From the NCBI GenBank assembly GCA_964367375.1, contig CAYIXG010000004.1, positions 59,556-123,555 of the forward strand: DNA of 64,000 nt, in the 5' to 3' direction. The notes beneath the pieces are model-generated. The model ran no database searches. It was given only the letters and a program-made list of their open reading frames with translations, and had not been told where the DNA came from. The DNA is from Candidatus Woesearchaeota archaeon. GTDB lineage: Archaea > Nanobdellota > Nanobdellia > SCGC-AAA011-G17 > UBA489. Shown piece after piece: positions 55,804 to 64,000 of this stretch (position 1 is the first letter of the stretch; each line of letters begins with the position of its first letter). The translations under genes were made by a program, and so were the position numbers.

Positions 55804-56544
55804 CACCATCCCCACAGGGCAATGATCAGACCCCATCACCTTTGAACGAATAAACGCGTCTTTCACTGCAGATTTTAACCTTTTTGACACACACCAATAA
55901 TCAATCCGCCACCCCACATTCCTCTTTCTCGCGTTAAAACGGTATGTCCACCACGTGTATTGATGCGGCTCTTTATGCAACTCACGAAATGTGTCTATAA
56001 AACCTGCACCCAACATCGTGGAGAAATTTGCCCGTTCATCATCTGTAAACCCTGCATTTTTTCGATTCGCCTTCGGATTCGCCAAGTCAATCTCTTCATG
56101 CGCCACATTCAAATCGCCACACACAATAACTGGTTTCTTTTTGTCTAGATCCTTCACAAAACTCAAGAAATCCTTATCCCATTGCATGCGGTATTTCAAG
56201 CGCGTCAAACCGCGCTGCGCATTTGGAGTGTACACATTCACCACAAAAAAATGCGCAAACTCAAGCGTGATGACCCTTCCTTCTTTGTCATGCTCTGGCT
56301 TATTTATACCATAGATCACTTGTACCGGCTTCACCTTTGTGAACACTGCAGTCCCTGCATACCCACTCTTCTCTGCATCACTCCAAAATTGGTGGTACTG
56401 CAGAAGATTGATCTGCACCTGATGATTTTTCGCCTTCGTTTCCTGCATACAAAAGATGTCTGGATCCTCATTCTCCATAAATTTCATAAAACCCTTCTTC
56501 AACACTGCACGAATTCCATTCACATTCCAGGACACCAGTTTCAT
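55792..56544 (-). CDS. xth: Exodeoxyribonuclease III (AP endonuclease)
   Basis: SWNVNGIRA, QETK, YTPN, GDLNVAH, YTWW.YR, GWRIDY, GSDHCP. Confidence 0.96.
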   Translation of the reverse strand: MKLVSWNVNGIRAVLKKGFMKFMENEDPDIFCMQETKAKNHQVQINLLQYHQFWSDAEKSGYAGTAVFTKVKPVQVIYGINKPEHDKEGRVITLEFAHFFVVNVYTPNAQRGLTRLKYRMQWDKDFLSFVKDLDKKKPVIVCGDLNVAHEEIDLANPKANRKNAGFTDDERANFSTMLGAGFIDTFRELHKEPHQYTWWTYRFNARKRNVGWRIDYWCVSKRLKSAVKDAFIRSKVMGSDHCPVGMVLDV

Positions 56545-56595
56545 ATGTTCTCCAGCCCTCAAAAACTATTTAAACATTCTCCCTTCGAATTCCCT

Positions 56596-57546
56596 ATGCG
56601 CACCGCAACAACCTTTCCAAAACTCTCCAGCCCTGCCATTTTAAGTCCTATGGCAGGCATAACTGATGTTGCATTTCGAGGACTTGCTAAACGCTACGGT
56701 GCAGGACTCACCTATACTGAATTTGTCCACAGCACTGCACTCATTCATGAAAACAAGAAAACACGCCTCATGCTCGCAACAGATCCTCTTGAGCAGCCTG
56801 TTGCTGTCCAACTTTTTGGCAACTCCATTCACGATGTTGTTGCAGCAGCACACATAGTTGAACCCTCCTTTGATATTATTGACATCAACTGTGGATGTCC
56901 TGCGTGGAAGGTTATCCGCACCGGCGCAGGGAGCGCGCTCCTCAAAAAACCCGAAGCAATTGCGCATCTCATCAACACCCTCGTTTCTGTAGTTACCAAA
57001 CCTGTTACTGTCAAAATCAGAACAGGCATCGATGACACGCACATTAATGCAGTGCACATCGCACGCATTGCACAAGATGCAGGAGTAGCAGCCATTGCAG
57101 TGCACGGACGCACACAGCAGCAAGGATACTCAGGATCTGCAGACTGGAACATCATTGCAGCAGTCAAACGAGCTGTTGACATTCCTGTCATCGGAAATGG
57201 AGATGTCTTCACTCCTGAAACGTTCAAAGAACGGCTTGAGCAGAGCGGTGTGGACGCTATCATGATCGCACGCGGCGCAATCGGAAACCCCGCACTTTTC
57301 ACCCAGATTAACAGCTACCTCGCAACCGGCGCTTATGAACCTCTCCATCCATTCACGCAACTTTTTGCATACCTTGACCTTGCCATTCACTATAACTTAC
57401 CATTCTCTTTACTTAAACAACAAGCAATCCTCTTCACTAAAGGCGTTCCTGCAGCAGCATCCCTTCGAAACGCGCTCGCACACACCACCACCATAGACGC
57501 ACTTTACACCCTTCTTACCCCCCTCCACGCCCAGGACAACGTTTAA
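56596..57546 (+). CDS. tRNA-dihydrouridine synthase (DusB-like)
   Basis: LSPMAGITD, QLFG, DINCGCP, VKIR.G, VHGRT, GNGDV, MIARG; true start MRTATT at 56596. Confidence 0.93.
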   Translation: MRTATTFPKLSSPAILSPMAGITDVAFRGLAKRYGAGLTYTEFVHSTALIHENKKTRLMLATDPLEQPVAVQLFGNSIHDVVAAAHIVEPSFDIIDINCGCPAWKVIRTGAGSALLKKPEAIAHLINTLVSVVTKPVTVKIRTGIDDTHINAVHIARIAQDAGVAAIAVHGRTQQQGYSGSADWNIIAAVKRAVDIPVIGNGDVFTPETFKERLEQSGVDAIMIARGAIGNPALFTQINSYLATGAYEPLHPFTQLFAYLDLAIHYNLPFSLLKQQAILFTKGVPAAASLRNALAHTTTIDALYTLLTPLHAQDNV

Positions 57547-57606
57547 ATACTTCTTTACTCTTTGTTTCTCATGAAAAAGATGGTGCACCAAAAACTCCCT
57601 ATCCAC

Positions 57607-57819
57607 ATGCAAAAAGGTACACTTATGCTTCTCCTCTTTGGCTTGCTCCTTATCGGAATCATACTCCTCTTCATAGGCATTTCCCAACCCCTCTTCGGTG
57701 TTGACGCGAGTGAAGAGGCAGCACGCATCAGAAAAGACCTTCAAGGAAACATTCAAAACGTTGAGAATGAAATTCTTGAACTTGAACAACTTGTCATCGT
57801 TGATGATCAACAATCCTAA
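57607..57819 (+). CDS. Small single-TM protein
   Basis: MQKG followed by a hydrophobic helix and a short acidic helix. Confidence 0.5.
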   Translation: MQKGTLMLLLFGLLLIGIILLFIGISQPLFGVDASEEAARIRKDLQGNIQNVENEILELEQLVIVDDQQS

Positions 57820-57832
57820 AATTTTCTTCTTT

Positions 57833-60172
57833 TTATAATGTAAACGTGAAGGGAGCAGATGTTGCTGCAAATCCATTCACCAAGAATGGATTGTTTAAAT
57901 CAATTGTCACAAAGTTTCCATACACTGTAATACCTGCAATTGCAGGAGCATTCGGCACATCCCATGTAATTGTACCATTCCCATTTGCATCAGTATACCC
58001 AACAGTGTTTGAGAACCCTACTATCTGCGGCGTGCTTAACACCAGCTGGAACACAAAGTCATCAGTCAACGGCAATATTGCCCCACTCGGCAAGAGAATA
58101 CCTGGCGTTGTTGACAGAGACATCAAAAAGAGGTATAACAATCCTGGACCATCAGGATCTGAAATAGTGATGTTCACTTGCGATCCCACTTGCACGCTTG
58201 TCGGGGCATAGATTGAAGGTTGCGCTGCTGGCGCTGGAATTTCCTCATAGGAAAGCACGACTGCAAACGGCTGGCTTGGGAAAGGCACATTCTTCCCGCT
58301 CACCTTAATTGTATATGCACCGCTTACTGGAGTTTGGATACGCACCTGCTCCACATTATTAATTGTGTCTGTTGTGTCACCAAAAGGAGCATTCCAATCA
58401 TTCCCATTAAACACTGCCCCTGAAGGATCTGTCACAATCAAATCAATATCATTCACCAAATTCACTGGTGAAATCAATGAAGCTTCTTTATCTGTCCAGA
58501 CTAGTGTAACCTTTATCGGCTTGTTTGGCCCTGCATACACTGTGTATGTCATGTTCTGACTGGTGTTAACTCCTGTAGGCTCATCAACAAACCAGATATT
58601 GTGATGGCCTGGTAAGGAATTTGTCATATTTAACCTTCCCCAGCCTGACTCATTGCTTGGGATGCCAAAGCCCATGTCATCCGCACCATTAATCAACGAG
58701 GCTTTTACTAACGCGCTACTCGGATTTATGGAGAAATTTGTCAGATAATACTCACGCATCAAGGCTGCAACGCCTGAAACCATAGGAGCTGCCATGCTTG
58801 TTCCTGTACACTGTGCATAATTTGGCGTCAAACTATAAAATGGAGAGTTTAAGAAACACGTTCCCCATATATTATTCACGCTACTTTTTGTTGAAAAGAC
58901 TAGATAACCTGCAGCCATCAGATCAGGCTTTATCCTTCCATCACGAGCCGGGCCTCTTGACGAACTTGCATACAACGCATTAATATTAGTAGGATAAGGT
59001 GTATGAATATTCTCATGCGCGCCCACAGAGATAACATTCTTTGCAACCGCTTGCGGAGAAATCGTTCCATTTCCAGATTGCCCTGAATTTCCTGCAGCAT
59101 ACACAATGACTATATCTTTATTTGTCCATGTGAATGTATCAATACTCTGCGAATCTGGAGTGTAATTTCCATACAATCCTGAATTGATTGATCCCCAACT
59201 ATTACTGTGCACTCGCGCACCTGAAAGATATGGAGGATTAAACAATCCAGTGCTTAATGGTGTTGGCGGAAAGACAGATGAGTTTCCTAAATCATTTCCC
59301 ATTGCTTGAAATATCAACTGCGCATTCGGCGCAGCACCTGCATAACTTCCTGCAAATATGTTTGCTGTAGGAACGCTTCCTGACAAGTTCCCATTTCCCA
59401 GTGCAGTTCCTGTCACGTGCGTTCCATGCCCATTTATATCATCTGGAGACGTGCTTCCAATTGTTGCAACATCTGTAATACTTATAATTCTTCCCTCAAA
59501 ATCATCATGCATTGACCCATTATTTACTCCTGTATCAAGCCCTGTATCTGCAATTGCAATGATCTGACCATTTCCAAATAAGTTATAATTATCATGCGCC
59601 CCTTGCGCACCCGCAATCACTGTCGATGCGTCATTCAACACTTGATATTGCGGGATTTCTCCCACCCATTCGACACCCTCAATCATTGCAACCTCATCCA
59701 CATTTTTTTTGTTTACTCTAATATCAATACTGTCTTCATGTACCTCTTTGATGCTTACTCCTTTCTCATTCAACTTTTCCAGAATCCATTTCTTATCTGC
59801 ACCATCAAATAAGGTTACTCGCGCTTCAGTTCCTTTCTTTTCACTCAAAGACGCATCCCTATGATCTTTCGACGCGTATCTTCTCCATTCTTTCACTCCC
59901 TTTTTTCTCTGCAAATCATCAAGCTGACCTTCATCAGCACGCACAATATACGCAACCTTTATTTCATCTCCTTCTTTGTGCGTCACCACTCCCTCTATGC
60001 TGACACTCTCTCTTACTCCATCATACACCTCTTGCAACACAGGATATTCCACATCAACAAGATAAAACGCTTCTTCACCATTGACTGCGCCCACAGATAC
60101 TATAGATACTATCATTATAAGTGCCATTCCCAGAGCAATACCCCTTCTTTTCCTTCCTTTTTGGAATACCAT
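57833..60172 (-). CDS. Secreted subtilisin-like S8 serine protease (KP-43-like) with C-terminal domains
   Basis: ADTG, HGTHV, HSNSWG, AAGN, GRIKPD, GTSMAAP, LVWTD...NNVEQV. Confidence 0.93.
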   Translation of the reverse strand: MVFQKGRKRRGIALGMALIMIVSIVSVGAVNGEEAFYLVDVEYPVLQEVYDGVRESVSIEGVVTHKEGDEIKVAYIVRADEGQLDDLQRKKGVKEWRRYASKDHRDASLSEKKGTEARVTLFDGADKKWILEKLNEKGVSIKEVHEDSIDIRVNKKNVDEVAMIEGVEWVGEIPQYQVLNDASTVIAGAQGAHDNYNLFGNGQIIAIADTGLDTGVNNGSMHDDFEGRIISITDVATIGSTSPDDINGHGTHVTGTALGNGNLSGSVPTANIFAGSYAGAAPNAQLIFQAMGNDLGNSSVFPPTPLSTGLFNPPYLSGARVHSNSWGSINSGLYGNYTPDSQSIDTFTWTNKDIVIVYAAGNSGQSGNGTISPQAVAKNVISVGAHENIHTPYPTNINALYASSSRGPARDGRIKPDLMAAGYLVFSTKSSVNNIWGTCFLNSPFYSLTPNYAQCTGTSMAAPMVSGVAALMREYYLTNFSINPSSALVKASLINGADDMGFGIPSNESGWGRLNMTNSLPGHHNIWFVDEPTGVNTSQNMTYTVYAGPNKPIKVTLVWTDKEASLISPVNLVNDIDLIVTDPSGAVFNGNDWNAPFGDTTDTINNVEQVRIQTPVSGAYTIKVSGKNVPFPSQPFAVVLSYEEIPAPAAQPSIYAPTSVQVGSQVNITISDPDGPGLLYLFLMSLSTTPGILLPSGAILPLTDDFVFQLVLSTPQIVGFSNTVGYTDANGNGTITWDVPNAPAIAGITVYGNFVTIDLNNPFLVNGFAATSAPFTFTL

Positions 60173-60263
60173 GTTTAATTACATCCAAACATAACTTTTA
60201 TATAACCCTTTTGCTTCCCTAATCACCTCATAAAACCATTCATTACAAAAAAGAGGATCATCA

Positions 60264-62021
60264 ATGAACCACACACTCCCTGCGTTTATCCTTCTCAGCC
60301 TCCTCATTATCATTCCTATCGCATCCGCACAACCCACTTTCCTTGACCAAGTCTTTTATTCAGTATCCCTCCTTTTCACTGACTACTTTAAAATCACGGG
60401 ATACGTCGATCGCTTACTTCCAAACCAAGAAGCAGACGCTGATGGAGATGGCATCGCTGATATAAATGATAATTGCCCCACCATCGCAAATGCAAACCAA
60501 TTAGACAGCGATGGAAACGGCGTCGGAGATGCTTGTGATGATGGTGATGGAGACGGCGTGTATGATCTTTCAGACAACTGCCCCTCAACTGCAAATACAA
60601 ACCAGCAAGACTGCGATGATGACGGCACTGGAGACGAGTGCGATGCAACACCAGACCCTAATTGTGTTTGTAACCCCTCACCCAATTCTGCATGCTCTGG
60701 AGGAGGATTTGTAGGCGATGCTGACAGCGATGGCGTTGCTGATGACGGAGATAACTCAGGCTCAACCACCAACGCTCCTTGCCAAGGAGGAACATCCAAC
60801 TGCGATGACAACTGCAGACTTGTCGCAAACGGCCCTTTATTAGGAACTTGCAGCTCCAACGGCGCCCCCTGCTTCGCAAACGCTGCATGCCCAAACAGCG
60901 GAACCTGCAGCCGTTCCCAAGAAGAGTTAGATGATGACACTATTGGAGACGTATGCGACCCTTGCACAGACTCTGACAGCGACTCCTTTGGAGACCCTTC
61001 TTTTTTTGCAAACACCTGTTCACTCGATAACTGCCCGAGCATCAGCAATCCTAATCAATTAGACACAGACAGCGACGGCCTCGGCAATGCGTGTGATCCT
61101 TGCCCTGCAGATCCTCTCAACTCACCAGCATGCGCAAACAGCATTATCAGTGCAGGCGTTTTAGACAATGACAATGATGGCGTTCCAAACGCACAAGATA
61201 ATTGCCTTTACGATTACAACCCTAACCAGCAAGACTCAGATCAGGATGACATCGGAGACGAGTGCGACCTCTGCAGATTTGACCCCACTAATACCTGTAA
61301 TCCTAATCCTACTTTACAACCCCTCCTTCAAGACAGCGACGGCGATGGACACCATGACTTTGTAGACAACTGTGTTGATGTTCCAAACCCCACACAATCT
61401 GACGGAGACCAAGACACTGTCGGCAACGCGTGTGATGTTTGCCCAAACATTCCTGACGGCCCTTTCATTGGCACCTGCTCTGTCAGCCGCGTGCCTTGCA
61501 GCGAGGATTCAGAACCCTGCATAGACGATGACATTTGCGTCAAAGACCAGCAAGACTCGGATGATGATGGCATCGGAGACCTCTGCGAAAGCAGATTTGC
61601 TACCTCTCCAGACATTCTCGAAGAAACACCCTTATCTCCTGAAGACATCACCAGACAACGATTCACCCTTTTCCAAGAAACCTCACTTGAGGAACAAGAA
61701 GCCATCAGAAAACAGCTCGAACAATACCCTCTCGATGACCCCAGACAAATCACTGAAGCCCTTGTCAAGCTGGGATACATTGAAGCAGAACTGTACAGCA
61801 TTCAAACCAATATCAACACCCTCAAAGATTTAGATCCTGAAAATGCTCAGTATGAGGACATCCAAGCACACCTTGATTTTGTCATCACCCAAACGAATAT
61901 CCTTCAAACAGAACTTAAACACCAACGCGCCACTACTCAAAAAGTCTCACGCGTTCCTCTTTACAATCTTGGACGCCAACTCAAACAAGCCCTTAGCAGC
62001 CTTCATCGAATCTTTCAATAA
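60264..62021 (+). CDS. Secreted thrombospondin type 3 (Ca-binding) repeat protein with C-terminal helical domain
   Basis: Repeated DNCP..NxxQxDxDxDGxGDxCD units; signal peptide ending ASA-Q. Confidence 0.88.
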   Translation: MNHTLPAFILLSLLIIIPIASAQPTFLDQVFYSVSLLFTDYFKITGYVDRLLPNQEADADGDGIADINDNCPTIANANQLDSDGNGVGDACDDGDGDGVYDLSDNCPSTANTNQQDCDDDGTGDECDATPDPNCVCNPSPNSACSGGGFVGDADSDGVADDGDNSGSTTNAPCQGGTSNCDDNCRLVANGPLLGTCSSNGAPCFANAACPNSGTCSRSQEELDDDTIGDVCDPCTDSDSDSFGDPSFFANTCSLDNCPSISNPNQLDTDSDGLGNACDPCPADPLNSPACANSIISAGVLDNDNDGVPNAQDNCLYDYNPNQQDSDQDDIGDECDLCRFDPTNTCNPNPTLQPLLQDSDGDGHHDFVDNCVDVPNPTQSDGDQDTVGNACDVCPNIPDGPFIGTCSVSRVPCSEDSEPCIDDDICVKDQQDSDDDGIGDLCESRFATSPDILEETPLSPEDITRQRFTLFQETSLEEQEAIRKQLEQYPLDDPRQITEALVKLGYIEAELYSIQTNINTLKDLDPENAQYEDIQAHLDFVITQTNILQTELKHQRATTQKVSRVPLYNLGRQLKQALSSLHRIFQ

Positions 62022-62767
62022 ACAACTTTCTTTTTTATAAGCATCCATCCTCCAATAATGAGAGGAATGGATAGCCACTGACCCATTGAGAGACTTGCAA
62101 TTATTACCTCTGGCTCCTTTACAAACTCAATCCCAAACCTGAATACTCCATAGCCAACCAAAAAAATGCCAAACAATTGACCATCTTTCTTCACATACTT
62201 TTTACTTAGCACTGCAATTCCTAAAAGGAGAAGATTCTTTGCTGCTTCATACAACTGCGAGGGATGCCGAAAACCTTCTACATTCTGAAATTTTACCCCC
62301 CATGGAAGACTTGTGACCTTTCCATACAATTCCCCATTAATAAAATTTGCAACTCTTCCTAACGCAAGCGCAATCGTTACTGGAATCACTGCAACATCCA
62401 ATAATCGTAGCAAGGAAATTTTTCTCTTTTTACAGAAGATATAACTTACCATTAAAGCCCCTAATAAACCCCCATGAAAAGACAATCCTCCCTTCCAGAC
62501 TGCAATTATTTCCAGGGGATTTGCCAGATAATATCCTGGATTGTAAAAGATAACTTCAAAAAGACGCGCACCCCCCACCACTCCCAGAATTAACCATCCT
62601 ATTAAATTGTCAACGTCCTTTTCTTCAAGAATAAGATATCCTTTTTTTACTGCATGCCTGAGAAAAAGGTAAAAAATGACAAAACCGAGGGCATATATCA
62701 CCCCATAATATCGAATCTCCACTGGACCCAGATTTACCAACACCGGATCGATGGCATGATAGAACAT
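62015..62767 (-). CDS. lgt: Prolipoprotein diacylglyceryl transferase
   Basis: IRYYG, GGARL, GGLSFHGG, GR.ANFINGELYG, RHPSQLYE, R...EF.KEP, SMGQWLS. Confidence 0.94.
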   Translation of the reverse strand: MFYHAIDPVLVNLGPVEIRYYGVIYALGFVIFYLFLRHAVKKGYLILEEKDVDNLIGWLILGVVGGARLFEVIFYNPGYYLANPLEIIAVWKGGLSFHGGLLGALMVSYIFCKKRKISLLRLLDVAVIPVTIALALGRVANFINGELYGKVTSLPWGVKFQNVEGFRHPSQLYEAAKNLLLLGIAVLSKKYVKKDGQLFGIFLVGYGVFRFGIEFVKEPEVIIASLSMGQWLSIPLIIGGWMLIKKKVVY

Positions 62768-62824
62768 ATATTTGATACCATCGCATTCTATATAAAATCA
62801 TTGCTCTGGCACAGCATTCACACC

Positions 62825-63568
62825 ATGCACCCCAGCATCAAAATAACCTTCATCGGAGGACTTGTTGCACTCATTTTCCTCATTGGATTTTTCGCTGGAA
62901 ATATTCCTTTATTCTCCTCATCTTTATCCCCCTTAAATACACAGCCCATCGAAGGACGCGTTATCACCAATAAGATTGTTGCTGTTGATGATGCAGGCAA
63001 AGGGGTTGTTGCAGAACTTACCACAATCATTCGAGACGGCTCAGGACTTGTGCTTGTCAATATTAATGACGTGCTCGCAGACTTAAATGCGCAATACAGC
63101 GCACGCACTGCCACAAAAGTGGCAAGTGACTACACCAAACGCAATCTCGACACTGTGGATGTCATCTTTACCATTAATACTCACTCCCCTGTGGGCATTG
63201 TTGGCGGACAAAGTGCAGGATCCACCATGGCACTCAGCCTCATCGCTGGACTGCTGAACAAAACCATTCGCAGCGATGTCATCATGACCGGATCCATCCT
63301 GGAAAACGGCACTATTGGCGAAGCGGGTGCATTGCAAGAAAAAGCAAAGGCAGCACGAGACAATAACGCAACTCTTTTCCTGATTCCTGCAGGCAGCGGA
63401 AAAGTTATCAAAGGATACGCTAAAAACAAGGAATGCGAGACTCGCAGTGGATATGAGTACTGCACCCTTCAGTATATTGCTCGGAATGTTGACATAGGAG
63501 ACGTTGCAGGACTTGATGTGAAAGAAGTGGCGGACATCGCGGAGGCAGTCACCTATTACCTCACTTGA
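62825..63568 (+). CDS. Membrane-anchored Lon-type (S16) protease domain without ATPase
   Basis: N-terminal TM, GGQSAG (Ser), MTGSI..NG.IG..G.L.EK (Lys). Confidence 0.85.
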   Translation: MHPSIKITFIGGLVALIFLIGFFAGNIPLFSSSLSPLNTQPIEGRVITNKIVAVDDAGKGVVAELTTIIRDGSGLVLVNINDVLADLNAQYSARTATKVASDYTKRNLDTVDVIFTINTHSPVGIVGGQSAGSTMALSLIAGLLNKTIRSDVIMTGSILENGTIGEAGALQEKAKAARDNNATLFLIPAGSGKVIKGYAKNKECETRSGYEYCTLQYIARNVDIGDVAGLDVKEVADIAEAVTYYLT

Positions 63569-63570
63569 CC

Positions 63571-64000
63571 ATGATTCCTTATCTCCTTAAACGGACGCTG
63601 CGCAAATTGCTGATACCTGTTCTTTTCATCTTTCTTTTTGGCCTCATCACCGGAGCAATTATTTATCTTTCTCTTCAGAACCCTACAGGGTCAACTATTA
63701 CTGATACCACAAACAAAAAAAACATTATTCCTTCACTTTCTTCTCTTGAAGGATATACTGCTGTTGATGTTGCCGTTGTTGAAGAAGGCATTCTCCTCAC
63801 TGCAAACTGCAACATGCTCTTCTTGCGCACCACTTTTGAAAACGCGTACTCTGTGAGCAGAGGATTACTTCACGAAATCGAAGCCAGACCAAACCCCCAT
63901 GACATGGCATCAGACATCATTGAACACTTCTCCCTTACCATTGATCATGTGATCATTTCTTCATTGAAAGATAACTTGTATACTGCGTACCTTGTCGTGA
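63571..64000 (+). CDS. Membrane-anchored bifunctional nuclease (DUF151/BFN) family protein, truncated by the window edge
   Basis: Not in the ORF track. MIPYLLK...TM...NPTGSTI...AYSVSRGL...RPNPHD...IDHVIISSLKDNLYTAYL matches the BFN RPxxHD pattern. Confidence 0.72.
   Translation, partial: MIPYLLKRTLRKLLIPVLFIFLFGLITGAIIYLSLQNPTGSTITDTTNKKNIIPSLSSLEGYTAVDVAVVEEGILLTANCNMLFLRTTFENAYSVSRGLLHEIEARPNPHDMASDIIEHFSLTIDHVIISSLKDNLYTAYLVV

Noticed and set aside
56182..56595. Long N-terminal extensions in the ORF track (Dus 56182, infB 3260, Lon 62654, surface protein 25388)
   Set aside because: They overlap neighbouring genes or promoters; family homology starts at downstream ATGs
60430..61590. Repeated GACAACTG/GGAGAC units as a DNA repeat element
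   Set aside because: Explained by thrombospondin type 3 protein repeats

Overview
Archaeal genomic window, most consistent with a DPANN lineage (Woesearchaeales/Pacearchaeales-like; inferred from aIF5B, eL8/L7Ae-eS28-eL24-ndk, GluRS, the psmB-aCPSF1 pair, four TrmB-family regulators, many short secreted proteins and BRE/TATA promoters). I found no tRNA, rRNA, CRISPR array, transposase or integrase. Highlights: (1) a four-gene MinD/ParA module at 24.8-29.4 kb in which a small soluble protein and the cytoplasmic tail of a 1030-aa LamG/beta-propeller surface protein end in the same EKLKEVY motif, encoded by entirely different codons; this is my best candidate for an undescribed system. (2) An arginine-to-ATP catabolic region built on arginine synthetase ArcE, with carbamate kinase, a protist-like OTC, a class III aminotransferase, an aldehyde dehydrogenase, GDH, an ADP-forming acyl-CoA synthetase and a SpeD-family decarboxylase. 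(3) Bacterial-type lipid genes in an archaeon: a FabF-like ketosynthase, canonical Lgt and lipobox proteins. (4) Two small acidic proteins sharing a YxEExREELxExDEITxxxEAFMxGY motif, one fused to an eL24-like TRASH finger and lying next to a ~137-nt candidate structured RNA. (5) A pseudo-receiver/LDH-MDH fusion behind PhoU. (6) A recurring [I/P/Q][T/S]Gxx motif in secreted proteins. (7) Strong C-over-G skew on the + strand regardless of gene orientation, broken in two AT-rich islands. All calls come from motif recognition by eye; no database searches were run.
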